From: Mycobacteriales bacterium | Lineage (GTDB): Bacteria; Actinomycetota; Actinomycetes; Mycobacteriales; SCTD01 | Direction of reading: 5' to 3' | Assembly: GCA_046595815.1 (NCBI GenBank) | Contig: JBKJSN010000088.1 | Location: forward strand, 10,264-74,263 | Length of the DNA stretch: 64,000 nt | Shown here: piece by piece, positions 60,658-64,000 of the stretch | Layout: the number at the start of each line of letters is the position of its first letter | Numbering within the stretch: position 1 is the first letter of the stretch | The notes under the pieces: generated by a model | Told to the model about the DNA's origin: nothing | What the model saw: the letters and a program-made list of their open reading frames with translations, nothing else | Database searches by the model: none | Translations under genes and position numbers: made by a program

Positions 60658-61383
60658 CTAGAGCGGGGCGGGGGCGCCGAGGAGGCGACCACGGCCGGCG
60701 ACCGCACCCAGCTCGATGGCGAGCGCCTTGCGGGGCTCGAGATCGATGCCGGTGGCATGCACCTGGGCGCCGTTGGCCGCGGCCCAGTCGAGCACCTGCC
60801 GCGTTTGGGCGCCGCTCGCGGCGGGCTTGGAGACATCCACCTGGACGACGTCGGGACGCAGTACGTCGAGCCGGCGGAGCAGGGCGGTGTCGACGACGTG
60901 GCTCACGTCGGCGAGCACGACCCGCCAGCCCCAGGAGCGCCACTCGGTGACAGCGCTCTCCAGGCGGGGGTGCGTCAGGCCGTAGTCGTGCACCTCGGCG
61001 GCGATCTTCAGCTCGCGCCGGCCACGCCCGAAGGAGGTCGCGAGCCGGGGCGGGCAAGGGCTGCCGAAGGTCTCCGGCTCGGGCGTGAGGTGCAGCTCGG
61101 CCGCGACGGCCTTCTCTGCGAACTGGTCGAAGGCCAGGCACCGGAAGGCCCAGTCGAGGCGCTCCACCAGACCCGTGGACTGCGCACTCGACAGCAGCGC
61201 CAGCGTGTTGTCCAGCTCCGTGCCGGTCTGGCCGCGACCGGTGGCTTTGTACCCGATGACCGCGCCGGAGCTCAGGTCCTTGATCGGCTGGTAGTCCGGT
61301 CCCAACCGAGACGGATCCTCGATGAGGGCCTCGATGAGAACTCGGTCACGACGGGCCTTCTCCGTGCTGTCGAGCAGGTTCAT
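60658..61383 (-). CDS. degenerate EAL-like domain protein
   Basis: Begins like an EAL domain (YQPIKDLSSGAVIGYKATGRG), but EAL is replaced by KAT. The N, DDFG, K-x-D and EGVE positions also appear substituted by eye. Confidence 0.55.
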   Translation of the reverse strand: MNLLDSTEKARRDRVLIEALIEDPSRLGPDYQPIKDLSSGAVIGYKATGRGQTGTELDNTLALLSSAQSTGLVERLDWAFRCLAFDQFAEKAVAAELHLTPEPETFGSPCPPRLATSFGRGRRELKIAAEVHDYGLTHPRLESAVTEWRSWGWRVVLADVSHVVDTALLRRLDVLRPDVVQVDVSKPAASGAQTRQVLDWAAANGAQVHATGIDLEPRKALAIELGAVAGRGRLLGAPAPL

Positions 61384-62407
61384 CTGCTGGGTTCTCGCTC
61401 ACTGGGCTGAGTGGGTCTTCTCGGTGGCTTCCGACCACCACGGGTTCGGGCACGAGGGTAATGCCGAACGTGGCCTTCACACCGTCTCTGACGCTCCGCG
61501 CCACGCCGAGCAGATCAGCCGCCGTCGCACCCCCGCGGTTGACCAGCGCCAGCGTGTGCTTGGTGGACAGCCCGACCGGCCCCTCGCCCCACCCCTTGCT
61601 GAAGCCTGACTGCTCGATGAGCCAGGCAGCGCTGACCTTCACGCCACCGTCCACCGGCCAGCTCGGAGCGCCCTCCGGCGCCTGTGCCACAACGGGATTG
61701 GTGAAAAAAGAGCCTGCGCTCACGCTGTCCGGATCTTCCGGGGCGAGGACCATCCCCTTGCCGCGGCGCAGTGTCAGGACGGCCTCTCGCACCCGATCAG
61801 CCGGCGCCGTCGACCCCAGCTCGACCCCGAGGGCGCGAGCCAGCTCGGCGTACCGGATCGGTGACGAGGCTGTGCCGCTCGCGAGCCGCAAGCGCAAACC
61901 GAGCACGACGCGACGGCCCGGTTCGGCCTTGAAAACGCTGTGTCGATAGGCGAATCCGCAGTCGGAGGCGGGCAGGTCCGAGACTTCCCCGGTACGGCGG
62001 TCGAGCACGCGCACCGAGACCACAGCCGACGCGACCTCGGCTCCGTAGGCGCCGATGTTCTGGATCGGCGCCGCGCCGACCGTCCCCGGGATGCCGGACA
62101 GCGCCTCCAGGCCCACCAGTCCCTCGTCGAGCGTCCGCGCGACCAGGCCGTCCCAGTCCTCCCCTGCCTGCACCACCAGGTCTTCGACCTCGCGCACCAC
62201 ACCGCGGCTGCGGACGACGATCACCTCGTCGAGCCCGACGTCGGGCATCACCACGTTGCTGCCGCCACCGAGCACGAAAGCTGCGGGGTGGGTGGCAACG
62301 GCCTCCACCAGCTCCGCCTCCGAGGTCACTTCGACAAGCAGCCGTGCGGGCCCGCCAAGCCGCAGGGAGGTGAGTCCCGCAAGGGGAACGTCGTGTCGGG
62401 TCAGCAC
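61346..62407 (-). CDS. murB: UDP-N-acetylenolpyruvoylglucosamine reductase
   Basis: GTG start 62407 (VLTRHDVPLAGLTSLRLGGPA). FAD-binding GGGSN motif. The remaining N-terminal part of the track ORF overlaps rarD in another frame. Confidence 0.9.
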   Translation of the reverse strand: MLTRHDVPLAGLTSLRLGGPARLLVEVTSEAELVEAVATHPAAFVLGGGSNVVMPDVGLDEVIVVRSRGVVREVEDLVVQAGEDWDGLVARTLDEGLVGLEALSGIPGTVGAAPIQNIGAYGAEVASAVVSVRVLDRRTGEVSDLPASDCGFAYRHSVFKAEPGRRVVLGLRLRLASGTASSPIRYAELARALGVELGSTAPADRVREAVLTLRRGKGMVLAPEDPDSVSAGSFFTNPVVAQAPEGAPSWPVDGGVKVSAAWLIEQSGFSKGWGEGPVGLSTKHTLALVNRGGATAADLLGVARSVRDGVKATFGITLVPEPVVVGSHREDPLSPVSENPADEPARQHGEGPS

Positions 62408-63288
62408 GCGACCACCCTGACCTTCCGGTGGTGGCGCACGAGGTCGGTCGTGAAGATCGCCAGCGCGATCCAGACCAGGACGAAGCCCACCAGCTGGGCG
62501 GTCCCGAAGGGCTCGTGCCGCACGCCGAGGCCCACGATGAGCTGCAGCGTCGGGGCGAGGTACTGCAGCACGCCGAGGGTGACGAGCGGGACGCGGGTGG
62601 CTGCGGCCCCGAACAGCAGCAGGGGTACGGCGGTCACCACACCGGCGGACATCAGCAGCAGCGAGTGGTCCGGGCCGTGGGCGGTGAAGGTGCCGTGACC
62701 GCTGATCGCCAGCCCGAGCAGGTAGATCACCGCGACCGGACCGAGCACGGCGGTCTCGATGCTGAACGACGCCAGGGCTCCGACGTTGGCCTGCTTCTTG
62801 AGCAGTCCGTAGGTGCCGAAGGAGAAGGCCAGCCCCAGGGCGATGTACGGCGGGCGGCCGTTCTCGATGGTCAGCACCAGGACCGCGACGGCCGCAAACC
62901 CGATAGCCACCTGTTGCACCCGGCGCAGCCGCTCGCCTAGGACCAGCACTCCGAGCGCCACGCTGACGAGGGGGTTGATGAAGTAACCCAGCGAGGTCTC
63001 GACGACCTGACCGCTGTTCACGCCGTAGATGTACAGCCCCCAGTTGCCGGCCAGCAGGACCGACGCCAGTGCCAGTCGCCGTACCTGGGAGCGGTCGGCG
63101 GCGCGCACCGCGGGCCAGCCTCGGGTGAGGCGGAGCAGCAGGGCCATGAGCAGCAGCGACCACAGCACCCGGTGGCCAAGGACCTCGACCGCCGTCGCGG
63201 GCTGGAGCAGCGGCCAGAAGAGCGGGAACAGACCCCAGATCGCGTACGCCGAGACGCCGTACGTCAGCCCCTCGCGCGTGCGGTCCAC
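62401..63288 (-). CDS. rarD: EamA-family transporter RarD
   Basis: 295 aa, 10 TM helices. N-terminus GLTYGVSAYAIWGLFPLFW is typical of RarD. Confidence 0.85.
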   Translation of the reverse strand: MDRTREGLTYGVSAYAIWGLFPLFWPLLQPATAVEVLGHRVLWSLLLMALLLRLTRGWPAVRAADRSQVRRLALASVLLAGNWGLYIYGVNSGQVVETSLGYFINPLVSVALGVLVLGERLRRVQQVAIGFAAVAVLVLTIENGRPPYIALGLAFSFGTYGLLKKQANVGALASFSIETAVLGPVAVIYLLGLAISGHGTFTAHGPDHSLLLMSAGVVTAVPLLLFGAAATRVPLVTLGVLQYLAPTLQLIVGLGVRHEPFGTAQLVGFVLVWIALAIFTTDLVRHHRKVRVVAC

Positions 63289-63298
63289 TCGGGAAAGC

Positions 63299-64000
63299 CT
63301 ACGGGCGGGACTTCCAGGCGCTGGGACCCGAGGACTGCTTGGCGAAACCGACCCCCGTCTTGGCGTCCCCGTCCTGGCGGTTGTTGTCGCTCCAGACCAC
63401 GGCGGGCTTGCCGTCCGGCAGCACCGTCACCTTGAAGAAGTCCAGCAGCGAACGATCATCGCTCGAGCCAGGCAGGATCCCGCAGAACAGCCCGAGGGTG
63501 CAGATCGGGCCGTGGTGCACCGAGTGGTCGCTGGCGTAGCCCCAGAGGACCTTCGGCTTGGGCGTGCCGAGCTCGCGCACCTGGGCGACGGCGACCTTCC
63601 AATCGATGCCGTTGGCGTCCTTGTCGGGGGCGGCCGTGTGGTACCAGCTCACGACCGCGACTCCCTTGCCCCCACCTGCGACCCAGCCGAACAGGTCCTG
63701 ACCGGTGGCACCCGGGAGGGCGTTGTCGACGGCGTACGGCGTGGACCAGGTGAGTCCGTGATCCTTCGACTGCTGCAGCCACACGTGCATCGGCTGGCCC
63801 TTGTGGGCGTAACCGCTGTAGACGGCGTAGACGTACCCGCCGCGGTCGACGGCGCTGGCCATCCAGAAGTTGCCGTAGTTGGCGTCGTCGGCTCCCGCGT
63901 TGACGAGGTGGTCCGACCACAGCCCGGTCTCCGGGTCACGAACGGCCATCTTCACCGTGTTCACCGGCGGAACGCCGTACGTCGTGTCGGTCGTCGTCAT
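63299..64000 (-). CDS. BNR/sialidase-like beta-propeller protein (partial; N-terminus beyond right edge)
   Basis: Asp-box SKDHGLTW. Open to the window edge. Confidence 0.6.
   Translation of the reverse strand: MTTTDTTYGVPPVNTVKMAVRDPETGLWSDHLVNAGADDANYGNFWMASAVDRGGYVYAVYSGYAHKGQPMHVWLQQSKDHGLTWSTPYAVDNALPGATGQDLFGWVAGGGKGVAVVSWYHTAAPDKDANGIDWKVAVAQVRELGTPKPKVLWGYASDHSVHHGPICTLGLFCGILPGSSDDRSLLDFFKVTVLPDGKPAVVWSDNNRQDGDAKTGVGFAKQSSGPSAWKSRP

Noticed and set aside
62408-63163. N-terminal extension of the murB ORF (605 aa in the track)
   Set aside because: It overlaps rarD in another frame with Arg/Pro-rich composition. MurB homology starts at GTG 62407, which is consistent with the rarD stop.

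Overview
High-GC (about 70% by hand counts) actinobacterial chromosomal segment. It is gene-dense and mostly organised as minus-strand operons joined by 1-4 nt start/stop overlaps (ATGA, GTGA, TTGA).

From memory, not from a search, the gene order follows the conserved actinobacterial block known from M. tuberculosis (about Rv3649-Rv3682, then asd/ask and recR/dnaX) and S. coelicolor (about SCO3547-SCO3580). In order it contains:
- hppA, a BldG-type STAS/anti-sigma pair and an MrfA-like helicase
- a class E sortase operon
- a Tad/Flp pilus operon with Ssd, a 6C sRNA and a HAD hydrolase
- acs, an EphE-like hydrolase, and the marP-cupredoxin-NUDIX-tlpA-nth operon
- an RsiG-like protein and crp
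- a long operon carrying a roughly 1160-aa adenylate cyclase-STAND-TPR protein
- two WhiB-family genes around an ArsA-like ATPase pair, a PonA2-like PBP and tRNA-Pro
- an ask-asd-kinase-lipoprotein chain, an ABC transporter, recR-ybaB-dnaX, SRP RNA
- tadA with two associated paralogs, a degenerate EAL-like protein, murB and rarD

The clearly accessory part is a roughly 10.6-kb composite island (47.7-58.35 kb) between two facing tRNA-Ser genes. It contains:
- a 51-bp duplicate of the tRNA-Ser(GGA) 3' half, bracketing a decayed element (ISL3 transposase pseudogene plus an orphan membrane protein)
- a lower-GC module: an AlbA_2/Schlafen-like plus HATPase_c_4 plus wHTH protein, an array of 14-bp iterons (TTGGGTAAAGGGTT), and a small acidic ORF
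- a HEAT-repeat protein
- a translationally coupled pair: a tyrosine-recombinase-like protein with apparently degenerate catalytic residues, and a DDE (YREK-signature) transposase-like protein

This island is my best candidate for an undescribed system. Its function cannot be established from sequence reading alone.

CDS starts were refined by hand where the ORF track over-extends. RNA ends are approximate. Many long ORFs in the track are antisense shadow ORFs typical of high-GC DNA and were not called.
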